Assembly: GCA_963630045.1 (NCBI GenBank)
Contig: CAVGLF010000004.1
Location: forward strand, 1 to 38,047
Direction: 5' to 3'
Length of the DNA stretch: 38,047 nucleotides
From: Butyricicoccaceae bacterium
GTDB taxonomy: Bacteria > Bacillota > Clostridia > Oscillospirales > QAMX01
Shown here: one piece after another, positions 15,822 to 23,761 of the stretch
How the letters are laid out: every line of letters begins with the position of its first letter
How positions within the stretch are numbered: the stretch's first letter is position 1
Notes under the pieces: generated by a model
Database searches by the model: none
Told to the model about the DNA's origin: nothing
Seen by the model: only the letters and a program-made list of their open reading frames with translations
Translations under genes and position numbers: made by a program

Positions 15822-16589
15822 TTACAGCCCCTGATCGCGCATCCAGATGTCCATGACAAGGGAGTGCGGGAGGAGACGGACGAGCGCGCCCTGGGCGCGG
15901 GCAACGAAGCCGTACTCGCTGACGTCGCGTCCGCGCAGAAGATCGCGCCAGGCGCGGCGCACGATGTCTTCGGGGTCGTACATGACGGCGTAGTGGCGCA
16001 CGACGGGCTTTTCGTTTTTTGCCACGGCGCGGTCAAAGAACTCCGTCTTCGTCCAGAAGGGGCAGAGCGCCGTGACGGAGATGCCGCGCGGACGCAGCTC
16101 GCGGTTCAGGGCGCGGCTGAAGGAGAGGACGAAGGCCTTTGTCGCTCCGTAGACGCCGATGTAGGGAATCGGCTGGAAGGCCGCGACGGAGGCGATGTTC
16201 AGAATATGAGAACCGGAGCGCATGTAGGGAATCGTCAGCTGGCACAGCGCCATCACGCCGCCGCAGTTTACGTCGAGCATGTTCAGATTCTCCTCCGGGG
16301 CGCAGTCGCAGACCGCGCCGAATTTTCCGTAGCCGGAGGCACAGACGAGCAGCGCGACCGAGGGCTTCTCCCGCTCGAGAAGCGCACGGTACTCGCGGAA
16401 GCTCCCTCTGTCGGAAAGGTCGAGCGGAACGGGACGCACGGGGCAGGGCGCCTTCAGCTCGCGGAGTCTGTCCTCCCGGCGGGCAATCGCCCAGATTTCG
16501 TCCACGGGGCGTCCGAGCGAGCCGATGGTCTCGACGAAGCGCCGTCCCATGCCGCTGGAGGCTCCGGTGATGACTGCAATGGTTTTCAC
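15822..16589 (-). CDS. Short-chain dehydrogenase/reductase (SDR) family oxidoreductase
   Basis: TGASSGMG cofactor motif, NIAS, and YGATK (YxxxK). GTG 16589 has AAGGAGGA 9 nt upstream and is preferred over the longer ORF. Confidence 0.85.
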   Translation of the reverse strand: MKTIAVITGASSGMGRRFVETIGSLGRPVDEIWAIARREDRLRELKAPCPVRPVPLDLSDRGSFREYRALLEREKPSVALLVCASGYGKFGAVCDCAPEENLNMLDVNCGGVMALCQLTIPYMRSGSHILNIASVAAFQPIPYIGVYGATKAFVLSFSRALNRELRPRGISVTALCPFWTKTEFFDRAVAKNEKPVVRHYAVMYDPEDIVRRAWRDLLRGRDVSEYGFVARAQGALVRLLPHSLVMDIWMRDQGL

Positions 16590-16632
16590 GGGTATGCATC
16601 CTCCTTTTTGTATCGTCATTCGGGAGAAAACG

Positions 16633-16680
16633 AAAAAAAGGGAGCCGGGCTTTTTTAAGTGGGATAAAAGACCGGCTCCC
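16633..16680 (-). terminator. Terminator ending the AraC/Gfo operon
   Basis: Stem GGGAGCCGG (16640-16648) / CCGGCTCCC (16672-16680), followed on the minus strand by T7. Confidence 0.65.
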
Positions 16681-16705
16681 TTGGCTGTTTCGGGCTTTTG
16701 CGCAA

Positions 16706-17809
16706 TTACCAGATGTGCGCGGGATCGCCGTGGAGATTCGGCAGAGGCTCGACGCGGACGAGCGAGCCGCCCTCTTCGAAGGAGCGGATCGCGGCGAAGG
16801 TGCACTCCAGCGTCGCCAGAGCGTCGCGGCCGGAGGAACGCAGGTACTCCTTCGGGACGCCGTTCGTGATGTCCTCGAGGAAGGCATGCAGACGGGTGGC
16901 GAAGGTCGTGCCGAAATCGGTGATGCCGGTGTCCAGAACCTCGTCGGGCGCGGGATTGTTGTTGTCCTCATGCGGCTTGGTGCCGTCCCAGAAGGAGAGC
17001 TTCTCGACGCAGTTTTCGATGACGAAGGTGCCCTTCGTGCCGGACATCTCAAAGCTCCACCAGCCGCCGAGGCCGAACATGGAGTCGCCGCGCTGGGAGA
17101 TCAGATATCCCACGGAGCCGTTCTCAAAGCGGCAGTGGATGGAGGCGATGGAGTACATCGGATCCGCCGCCGTGGCGCGAACGCCGGAGCGGTTCATGAA
17201 GCACTGGACATGCGTGATGTCGCCGCCGAAGTAGCGCATGACGGAGAAGGGATGGGCGAGGAACGCCTTGGCATGGGAGTAGGGCTTTCTCCAGCGCGGA
17301 CTGCCGACGCCGCCGTAGGTGGTGTCGGAGCCGTTGAAGCCCATCTTGTGCAGGATGTAGACCGGCTCGCCGATCTTGCCCTCGTCGATCAGCTCACGGG
17401 CGCGGTCGGCGGGCTTGGTGAAGTAGTGATTCAGGTCGCAGGCGAGGTAGAGGTCATGCTCCGCGGCATAACGCACCATCTCGCGCGCCTCGCGGATGTC
17501 GTTGGAGATGGGCTTCTCGACGAAGACGTTCTTGCCCGCACGCAGCGCCTGCATCGCGGGCTCGTAGTGCCAGGAGCCGTTCTCGTAGCCGGAGGTGGTG
17601 ACGTCCACGACATCGAGGTCGGGCTCACCCGCCAGCATATCCGCAAGGGAGTAGTACGCCTTCACGCCGAACTTTTCCGCTGCGGCATCGGCCTTTTCCT
17701 TCACGATATCGCAGACCGCCACGAGCTCGGCCAGCGGATCGTTCACATAGCACCGGCAATGCGTATTGCCGATGCCGCCCATACCGACCATACCGATTTT
17801 GATAGCCAT
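16706..17809 (-). CDS. Gfo/Idh/MocA family NAD(P)-dependent oxidoreductase
   Basis: N-terminal Rossmann IGMVGMGGIGNTH, the consensus FVEKPIS motif, and a C-terminal alpha/beta dimerisation domain. AAAGGAG RBS present. Confidence 0.9.
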   Translation of the reverse strand: MAIKIGMVGMGGIGNTHCRCYVNDPLAELVAVCDIVKEKADAAAEKFGVKAYYSLADMLAGEPDLDVVDVTTSGYENGSWHYEPAMQALRAGKNVFVEKPISNDIREAREMVRYAAEHDLYLACDLNHYFTKPADRARELIDEGKIGEPVYILHKMGFNGSDTTYGGVGSPRWRKPYSHAKAFLAHPFSVMRYFGGDITHVQCFMNRSGVRATAADPMYSIASIHCRFENGSVGYLISQRGDSMFGLGGWWSFEMSGTKGTFVIENCVEKLSFWDGTKPHEDNNNPAPDEVLDTGITDFGTTFATRLHAFLEDITNGVPKEYLRSSGRDALATLECTFAAIRSFEEGGSLVRVEPLPNLHGDPAHIW

Positions 17810-17922
17810 AGTGGTACTCCTTTTTTATGTCAAAAATTGCATTTCCGATTGTCCGCTGACAAAAAGGCTCCCGCGCTTTCCCTTTTTGGGTCCCTGCAGG
17901 GGAGGGTCTCCCCCTCATGGGG

Positions 17923-18741
17923 CTACAGGCTCCGGCGAAACTCCGACGGGGACAGTCCCGTAATCTGCCGGAACTGGCGGGAGAATACGGAGATATCCGA
18001 AAAGCCGAGTGCCGCCGATACGCCGGAGACGCTGCTGCCGGGGTTCTTCAGAAGCTCCACGGCGCGGGCGATGCGCTGATTGCGGACGTACTCCATGGGA
18101 GAAAGCCCGGTTACGAGCTTGAACTGCCGCGTGAGGCTGCCGGGCGACATTCCGGAGGCTGCCGCAAGCTCCTCAAGGAGCAGGTCGCGCGTCAGATTGC
18201 CCTCGATGTACTGCATCGCCAGCATGAGCTGCCGGTAATGCGCGTTGGAGCTGTCCAGATGCGGCGTCTCCTCGTGTGCGCGCTCGAAGAGGACGAGCAG
18301 CTCCGAAAAGCGCGCCATGACCATGCGGTCCCACGCGGGGCCCCTGGTCTTGAATTCGCTCAGGATGCGCTCCACCGCCGAGATGAGATCCTGCCGCAGC
18401 GCGAGTCCCGCCTTGGCGCGGGTGGGCTCACGGTACAGCCTCGTCTGAGGGGGAATCCCGCAGAGCTCCAGCGCCTTCGGCAGAAAGAGGATGTTATACA
18501 GCCATGTCTGGTGCGTCGTGATGTACGCGTGGGAGATGCCCGGAGGGATGAAGAAGATATCCCCCGCCGTCAGAATGGCGGAGGAGCCTCCGCAGGAATG
18601 GAGCGTGAACCCGTGCAGGATGAAGACCATCTCGAAGAACTCATGTCCGTGCAGTCCCAGCGAGCCGTGATCCGCGACCGGACGGATGCTGACGGGCGGC
18701 GCATCTTCGGGGAAGTCGATGGTGATCGTGTCGATGCTCAT
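17923..18741 (-). CDS. AraC family transcriptional regulator (cupin sensor + double HTH)
   Basis: Cupin-like N-terminus (HGHEFFEMVFILHG...GDIFFIPPGISH). C-terminal AraC HTH (LEELAAASGMSPGSLTRQFK...GFSDISVFSRQFRQITGLSPSEFRR). Its start overlaps the upstream stop (ATGA). Confidence 0.9.
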   Translation of the reverse strand: MSIDTITIDFPEDAPPVSIRPVADHGSLGLHGHEFFEMVFILHGFTLHSCGGSSAILTAGDIFFIPPGISHAYITTHQTWLYNILFLPKALELCGIPPQTRLYREPTRAKAGLALRQDLISAVERILSEFKTRGPAWDRMVMARFSELLVLFERAHEETPHLDSSNAHYRQLMLAMQYIEGNLTRDLLLEELAAASGMSPGSLTRQFKLVTGLSPMEYVRNQRIARAVELLKNPGSSVSGVSAALGFSDISVFSRQFRQITGLSPSEFRRSL

Positions 18742-19745
18742 TCGTGCACATCCGCCACAACGACGGGCTCATGCGTCTTCAGCGATCGGATCGCCGCATG
18801 AATGACGCGGGAGGCCTCGAGTCCGGCGGCTCCGGAGCCGTCGATCTCCTCGGGGCGGGCTCCGTCGCGGATCTGCCGGACGAAGCTGCGGATGCGGTCG
18901 TCGAAGGTGTCATAGAAGCCCTCGAAGCCGCCGAAGACGGGGTTGGTATAGACCCGCTTCACGGGATCCCCCGCGGGGTAGAGCGTGGCCTCGCGCCACA
19001 TGTCCTCGAAGACCAGGCGCCCGCGCAGTCCCGCGACCTCGCAGCGCTCCATCGGATGTCCGCGCGAGATGTCGTAGGAGGACGTCAGATGTCCGACGGC
19101 GCCGCAGGCAAATTTCAGATTCAGCGACATGGTGGAGTAGATATTGCGTCCCGGCGCGACCATGGCGTAGCAGAAGACCTCCTCAATGTCCCCGCCGAAG
19201 TAGCGCAGGATATCCACGGAATGCGGATTCAGAGCCTTCATGTGATAATACGGCGTCTCCAGCTTTTCCGGACGGCCGATCCACAGCCCCATGTTCAGAA
19301 ACAGCAGCGTGCCGAGAGCTCCCTCGTTCTGCCACTGCTTGGCCTGACGCGCGGCGGGCGTGAAGCGGTGGTTCAAGTCGATGCCGAAGCAGCGGTCGAG
19401 TCTTTTGGCCTCCGCGACCATTTCCTCCGCCAGACGAAGGTCATTGGAGATGGGCTTCTCCGTCAGCACATGGCAGCCTGCGCGCAGCGCCTGCATCGTC
19501 GGCTCGTAGTGGTCGGAGGAATACTCAAAGCCGCCGGTCGCCACGCTGCAGATGTCGGGCTTCTCCGCGTCCAGCATCTTCTGCGCGTCCGTATAGGCGG
19601 GTACGCCGAAGACGCGCGAGGCCTCAGCCGCACGCTCGGGGTTGCGGTCGCAGACCGCAACAAGCTCCGCATCCGGGTTATTCTGATAGGAACGGGCATG
19701 GTTATGGCCGATATGCCCCATGCCGATTACACAGGTTCGAAGCAT
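18738..19745 (-). CDS. Gfo/Idh/MocA family NAD(P)-dependent oxidoreductase
   Basis: CVIGMGHIGHNH Rossmann and LTEKPIS motif. GGAAGGTGA RBS before ATG 19745. Confidence 0.9.
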   Translation of the reverse strand: MLRTCVIGMGHIGHNHARSYQNNPDAELVAVCDRNPERAAEASRVFGVPAYTDAQKMLDAEKPDICSVATGGFEYSSDHYEPTMQALRAGCHVLTEKPISNDLRLAEEMVAEAKRLDRCFGIDLNHRFTPAARQAKQWQNEGALGTLLFLNMGLWIGRPEKLETPYYHMKALNPHSVDILRYFGGDIEEVFCYAMVAPGRNIYSTMSLNLKFACGAVGHLTSSYDISRGHPMERCEVAGLRGRLVFEDMWREATLYPAGDPVKRVYTNPVFGGFEGFYDTFDDRIRSFVRQIRDGARPEEIDGSGAAGLEASRVIHAAIRSLKTHEPVVVADVHE

Positions 19746-19814
19746 CCTGTCACCTTCCGTCTTGCCGAAGGCTCCCGCCCCGCGCACGGAACGGGAGCCT
19801 TGTGTGCATGATTC

Positions 19815-21215
19815 TTATTTATGGCGCTTTTCGCCTTCCGCCTGCAGACGGCGGGCGGTTTCGGGGTCGCCGATGTGCATGGAGTCATAGGCCTGCTGCG
19901 AGGTCTTGAACGGGCCGCAGCCGCAGCCGTGCCAGTTGAGGTTTGTGTACATCGGGTTCTCGCGTCCGGTTTCCGCCGTGCGCTTTGCGATATGAGCCTC
20001 CATGCGGGCACGCAGAGCGGTGACGATTTCGGGATTCTCCTCCGCGACGTTCTTCGACTCCCCGGGGTCGGTGACGAGGTTATAGAGCTCGATTTCGGGC
20101 TTGAAGTGGAAGTCCGGCTCCAGCGCGACGATGAGCTTCCATTCCGGCGTTCTCCAGCCGTGCTTGCGCATCCAGGTGGCCTCGGTAAAGTAATACTCGC
20201 TGTTGCCGGTGTGGCCGCCGGAGAGCAGCTTCATCAGGGACTGACCGACGAAGCCGTAGTCGATCTTCGGATCGATGCCCATGACGTCCAGAATCGTCGG
20301 CATGACGTCCTGCAGCGAGCACCATTCGGAGCAGCGGCGTCCCTCGGGCAGGTGACCCTTCCAGCGCAGCGCGAAGGGCACGTTGGTGGTGCACTCGTAC
20401 AGGCCGTGATGATCGAAGTAGCAGTCGTGATCGGCCAGCGTCTCGCCGTGGTCGGCTACGAAGACGACCAGCGTGTCCTCCTCGAGTCCCAGTCCCTCAA
20501 GACGGGAGAGGATGATCTGGATGCAGCTGTCCATATACGCGATGGCGGCGTCATAGTTGGCGATGATATAGTCCTTGTCGGTGCAGCCCGGCGCGAACCA
20601 GGTGCGGAAGTAATCGCAGAAGGGCTTGAAGGCATAGGCGTCATCCAGCGAGTGGTTGTCCGGATCGAACTCGTCCTTGCCGTAGAACATGCGGTGGAAG
20701 GGCTCGGGCGGGAGGTAGGGGGAATGGGGATCCAGATGACGCATGAAGAGGAACCACGGCTTGTCGCCGGAGGCCAGACGCTCAAGCTCCGGAATGGCAA
20801 CGGAGTTCAGGCTCTCGGCCTTATGAGAGCGTCCATGCTCCCAGCTGCCCCAGTTATCGGGGTAGTCGAGGTATCTGTCGAAGCCGCGGGAGGCGGCGTT
20901 GCCGGTAAATCCGATGCAGGTGGTGTCGTAGCCGTTCTCACGCAGAACCTCGGGGAGCGTTTTGACATTTTCGGGCAGAGTGCCCTGGTGGCGCAGTGCG
21001 ACGACGCTGGTGCCGAAGCAGTCAAGGCCGGTCAGCATGGAGGAATATCCCGGAGTCGTCGGGATATGGGGTGAGAGGCACTTTTCGAAGGTCACGCCGC
21101 CTTCCAGATATTTCGAGATATTCGGAGTTGTCAGACGGTTATAGCCGTACAGGGACATGTGATCCGCACGCAGGCTGTCGATGCCGAAGAACAGCAGATT
21201 GGGCTTTTTAGCCAT
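19815..21215 (-). CDS. Sulfatase-fold (alkaline phosphatase superfamily) protein lacking the C/S-x-P-x-R formylglycine motif
   Basis: PNLLFFGIDSLRADH...TPNISKYLEGGVTFEKCLSPHIPTTPGYSSMLTG aligns without gaps to the arylsulfatase N-terminus (..DDLG...TPNLD...[11 protein letters not shown]), with C->T and R->Y. FVADHGE metal motif. No signal peptide. GGAGG RBS present. Confidence 0.85.
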   Translation of the reverse strand: MAKKPNLLFFGIDSLRADHMSLYGYNRLTTPNISKYLEGGVTFEKCLSPHIPTTPGYSSMLTGLDCFGTSVVALRHQGTLPENVKTLPEVLRENGYDTTCIGFTGNAASRGFDRYLDYPDNWGSWEHGRSHKAESLNSVAIPELERLASGDKPWFLFMRHLDPHSPYLPPEPFHRMFYGKDEFDPDNHSLDDAYAFKPFCDYFRTWFAPGCTDKDYIIANYDAAIAYMDSCIQIILSRLEGLGLEEDTLVVFVADHGETLADHDCYFDHHGLYECTTNVPFALRWKGHLPEGRRCSEWCSLQDVMPTILDVMGIDPKIDYGFVGQSLMKLLSGGHTGNSEYYFTEATWMRKHGWRTPEWKLIVALEPDFHFKPEIELYNLVTDPGESKNVAEENPEIVTALRARMEAHIAKRTAETGRENPMYTNLNWHGCGCGPFKTSQQAYDSMHIGDPETARRLQAEGEKRHK

Positions 21216-21280
21216 GTGTATTTCCTCCGTTACCTTATTTTATTCGATTGACTTCCGTGCTTTCAAAAAAAGGCTGTATA

Positions 21281-21328
21281 CCCGGGACTGTTGAGTCCCG
21301 GGACTGTTGAGTCCCGGGGCATTTTTTT
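21281..21328. repeat. 16-bp tandem duplication forming overlapping GC hairpins with flanking A/T runs (terminator-like)
   Basis: CCCGGGACTGTTGAGT x2 (21281-21296, 21297-21312) then CCCGGGG. The arms CCCGGGAC/GTCCCGGG pair in two registers. An A7 run lies upstream (21265-21271). The T7 run downstream (21322-21328) overlaps the stop codon of the 21327..22124 gene. Confidence 0.5.
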
Positions 21329-22124
21329 ACCGCGCGCCCATGCCGCGCAGGATGGCGTTCATGTAGCCGTAGCTTTCCGCGGCGATGGTGCAGGCCTCCG
21401 CCATGGTCTGCGAGGGTCCGATGACCTCCAGGCAGACGGGGCCGGAGTAGTCTGCGCGCACCATGGCGCGGAAGTAGCCGATGAGATCGATGTCGCCGCG
21501 TCCGCAGGCCTGCATGGGCGGGAGACCCGGATTCCGCTGACGGCCGCGGCAGTCGCGGATGTGGATGTGCCGGACGCGGGAAATGACGGCGGGCAGCGCA
21601 TCGACGGGATTTTCACCCGCGCGGTAGACGTGCGAGGGATCCATATCCACGCCGAAGGCAGGGCTCGTGACGCCCTCCATGAGCTGCAGCGTCGTTTCGG
21701 TATTCCAGACCGCGGCGCCGACATGCGCCTTCATGCAGAGGGTCACGCCGTAGCCCTCGGCCATCTCGGCCAGCGCCTGTACGCGCTCGATGTTGGCCTC
21801 GACGCCGCCTTCCTCACCCGTAGCGCCGGAGGGTCCGATGTTGATGATCGGAATGCCCAGCTCCGCTGCCGCCTCAAAGGCGCGGCGCAGACGCTCGGGA
21901 TCCTGACTCGCAACCTCGCTGGAGAGAACCTTCATGCCGGAGTTGGCAAGCGCCGAACGGAACTCCGCGGCTCCCGCCTGCCAGTTATCCAGGACAACAT
22001 GCTCGCACATGCTCTGAATGGCGGACACTTCGACTCCGTCATACCCCGCGCGCGCAATGGCCTCGCAGGCCTCGGCGAAGCTGAAGTCCTTGAAAAGTAC
22101 GGTGTTGACACCCAGCTGAATCAT
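21327..22124 (-). CDS. Sugar phosphate isomerase/epimerase family protein (xylose isomerase-like TIM barrel)
   Basis: Typical family layout: LGVNTVLF..., AGYDGVEV, ...LCMKAH..., VRHIHIRD. 265 aa. Confidence 0.8.
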   Translation of the reverse strand: MIQLGVNTVLFKDFSFAEACEAIARAGYDGVEVSAIQSMCEHVVLDNWQAGAAEFRSALANSGMKVLSSEVASQDPERLRRAFEAAAELGIPIINIGPSGATGEEGGVEANIERVQALAEMAEGYGVTLCMKAHVGAAVWNTETTLQLMEGVTSPAFGVDMDPSHVYRAGENPVDALPAVISRVRHIHIRDCRGRQRNPGLPPMQACGRGDIDLIGYFRAMVRADYSGPVCLEVIGPSQTMAEACTIAAESYGYMNAILRGMGAR

Positions 22125-22170
22125 GGGATATTCCCTGCCTTTCCTTTTTCATAAGCTCGGATGAGCGTAA

Positions 22171-23007
22171 TTACATCATTTTCTGCGCCAGCGCATCGAA
22201 TTCGCGGACGCGCCGGACGATTTCCGCGGTGTTTTCGGGATTGGAGTACTCGATGATGAAGGGGAGTCCGTCACAATGCTCGTGATAGAGCGAAAGGAAC
22301 GTGCTCCACATGATATCGCCGTCACCCACAACGCGTCCGTAGGCATCGTTGACATGGCGATCCTTGCCGTGGAAGCAGGAGATATGCTCGGACAGATAGT
22401 AGAACATATCCTCCTCGGAGGAATTGGCGATGAGATTCGCCGGGTCGAGCAGGAAACGGAGCCTGTCCGAGCCGATCTGCTCCCACAGATCCGCCGCACG
22501 CTTGGCGGAGGGCACGACATCCAGAACGCAGCACTCCAGCGCGATGTCGACGCCCAGCTCCTCTCCGTATCCGCACAGCCGCTCAAGTGAGGTCTTCAGC
22601 CGCTCGAAGCGGGACTCGTAGAACTGCGCCAGCACGCCGCGCGAGTCCGGGACGAAGCCGCACTCCGTCGCCGCGGCGGGAATGCCGTTCTTCGCCGCAA
22701 GCTCCATCAGCCGGCGGAAGTATTCAAGATTCTTTTCAAGCTCCGCGTCGTCGGGCTCCAGAAGGGAGGTAAATACGCCGATCGAGGAGACCTCCACCCC
22801 CGAATCGCGATACGTGCGGACGATGTCCGCAAAGCGCTCATCCGTCAGCTCCGCAAGATCGACGCGTCCGTTATAGGCCCAGAACTTCGAATCCTCCTGC
22901 ACCAGGCAAAGCTCCGTGCAGGTGCATCCGAGGTCATGCATACGCGCTGCGGTCTCCGCATTCGTCAGCCCCGAAAAGCTGCGTGTCGTCACGCCGAGAT
23001 TCAGCAT
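22171..23007 (-). CDS. Sugar phosphate isomerase/epimerase family protein (xylose isomerase-like TIM barrel)
   Basis: LGVTTRSF..., GCTCTEL, ...IALECC..., ISCFHGKD. 278 aa. AAAGGAG RBS present. Confidence 0.8.
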   Translation of the reverse strand: MLNLGVTTRSFSGLTNAETAARMHDLGCTCTELCLVQEDSKFWAYNGRVDLAELTDERFADIVRTYRDSGVEVSSIGVFTSLLEPDDAELEKNLEYFRRLMELAAKNGIPAAATECGFVPDSRGVLAQFYESRFERLKTSLERLCGYGEELGVDIALECCVLDVVPSAKRAADLWEQIGSDRLRFLLDPANLIANSSEEDMFYYLSEHISCFHGKDRHVNDAYGRVVGDGDIMWSTFLSLYHEHCDGLPFIIEYSNPENTAEIVRRVREFDALAQKMM

Positions 23008-23033
23008 ACAAAAACACTCCTTTCCGCAGCTCC

Positions 23034-23062
23034 ATTATAAGGCAGCTTCTCCAAAAAAGCAA
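23034..23062 (-). promoter_or_regulatory. Sigma-A-type promoter of the TIM/sulfatase-fold/Gfo/AraC operon
   Basis: Minus strand TTGCTT - 17 nt - TATAAT, about 25 nt upstream of ATG 23007. An imperfect inverted repeat GCAGAAA-N12-TTTCTGC lies just upstream (23071-23096). Confidence 0.5.
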
Positions 23063-23215
23063 TCGGGCGGCAGAAAATTTAACCGAAATTTCTGCTGATT
23101 TTTGCAAAGTCCTCGGTTGCTTTGCCAAAAGCCGCAGGAAGGACGGCGTGTCCCGCCTGCGGGGACACCGGGGAGCCCCGATTGTAAAAAAGATATGAAG
23201 TCTTCGAAATACCGC

Positions 23216-23244
23216 TTGTATTGTCCGCGGGAAAACGGTATAAT
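23216..23244 (+). promoter_or_regulatory. Sigma-A-type promoter of yajC
   Basis: TTGTAT - 17 nt - TATAAT. Confidence 0.5.
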
Positions 23245-23326
23245 AAGGGAAACGTGCGCGCAGGAGTCCGCCATCGGAGATTTTTGCCGTGCGCAAATCA
23301 TGAGACAGAAAGGTGTAACCCGGACC

Positions 23327-23683
23327 ATGCTCAACATGCTTCCCACGCTCACGAATCTCCTCGACACCGCCGCCACCGCGACCGAAGGCGCGACCGAGAT
23401 GTCCTCCACCTCCGCAATGCTTATCCAGCTCGCCCCCTTCGCGATTATGATCGTCATCTTCTACTTCCTGCTCATCCGTCCGCAGCGCAAGCGCGAAAAG
23501 GAAGAGAACAACATGCGTGCGAATCTTGAGGTCGGCGACGTCATCACCACGCGCGGCGGCGTGATCGGCACCATCCGTCAGATCAAGGACGACACCCTGG
23601 TCATCGAGACCGGCGCCAACAACAACCGCATCACCATCGCCCGCTGGGCGGTAGGCTCCAAAGAGGAAAAGATCAGCAACTGA
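23327..23683 (+). CDS. yajC: Preprotein translocase subunit YajC
   Basis: Single TM (LAPFAIMIVIFYFLLIRPQRKREKE) followed by LEVGDVITTRGGVIGTI. Start taken at ATG 23327 (GAAAGGTG upstream); 23336 is also possible. Confidence 0.85.
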   Translation: MLNMLPTLTNLLDTAATATEGATEMSSTSAMLIQLAPFAIMIVIFYFLLIRPQRKREKEENNMRANLEVGDVITTRGGVIGTIRQIKDDTLVIETGANNNRITIARWAVGSKEEKISN

Positions 23684-23715
23684 CCCCCAAAAATTCCTTT
23701 GCATCTTCGGAATGT

Positions 23716-23759
23716 AAAAAAGCTCCGGCGAACGTCTTTTGTTCGCCGGAGCTTTTTTT
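23716..23759 (+). terminator. yajC intrinsic terminator
   Basis: A6-GCTCCGGCGAAC / GTTCGCCGGAGC-T7, a perfect 12-bp stem. Confidence 0.75.
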
Positions 23760-23761
23760 GG

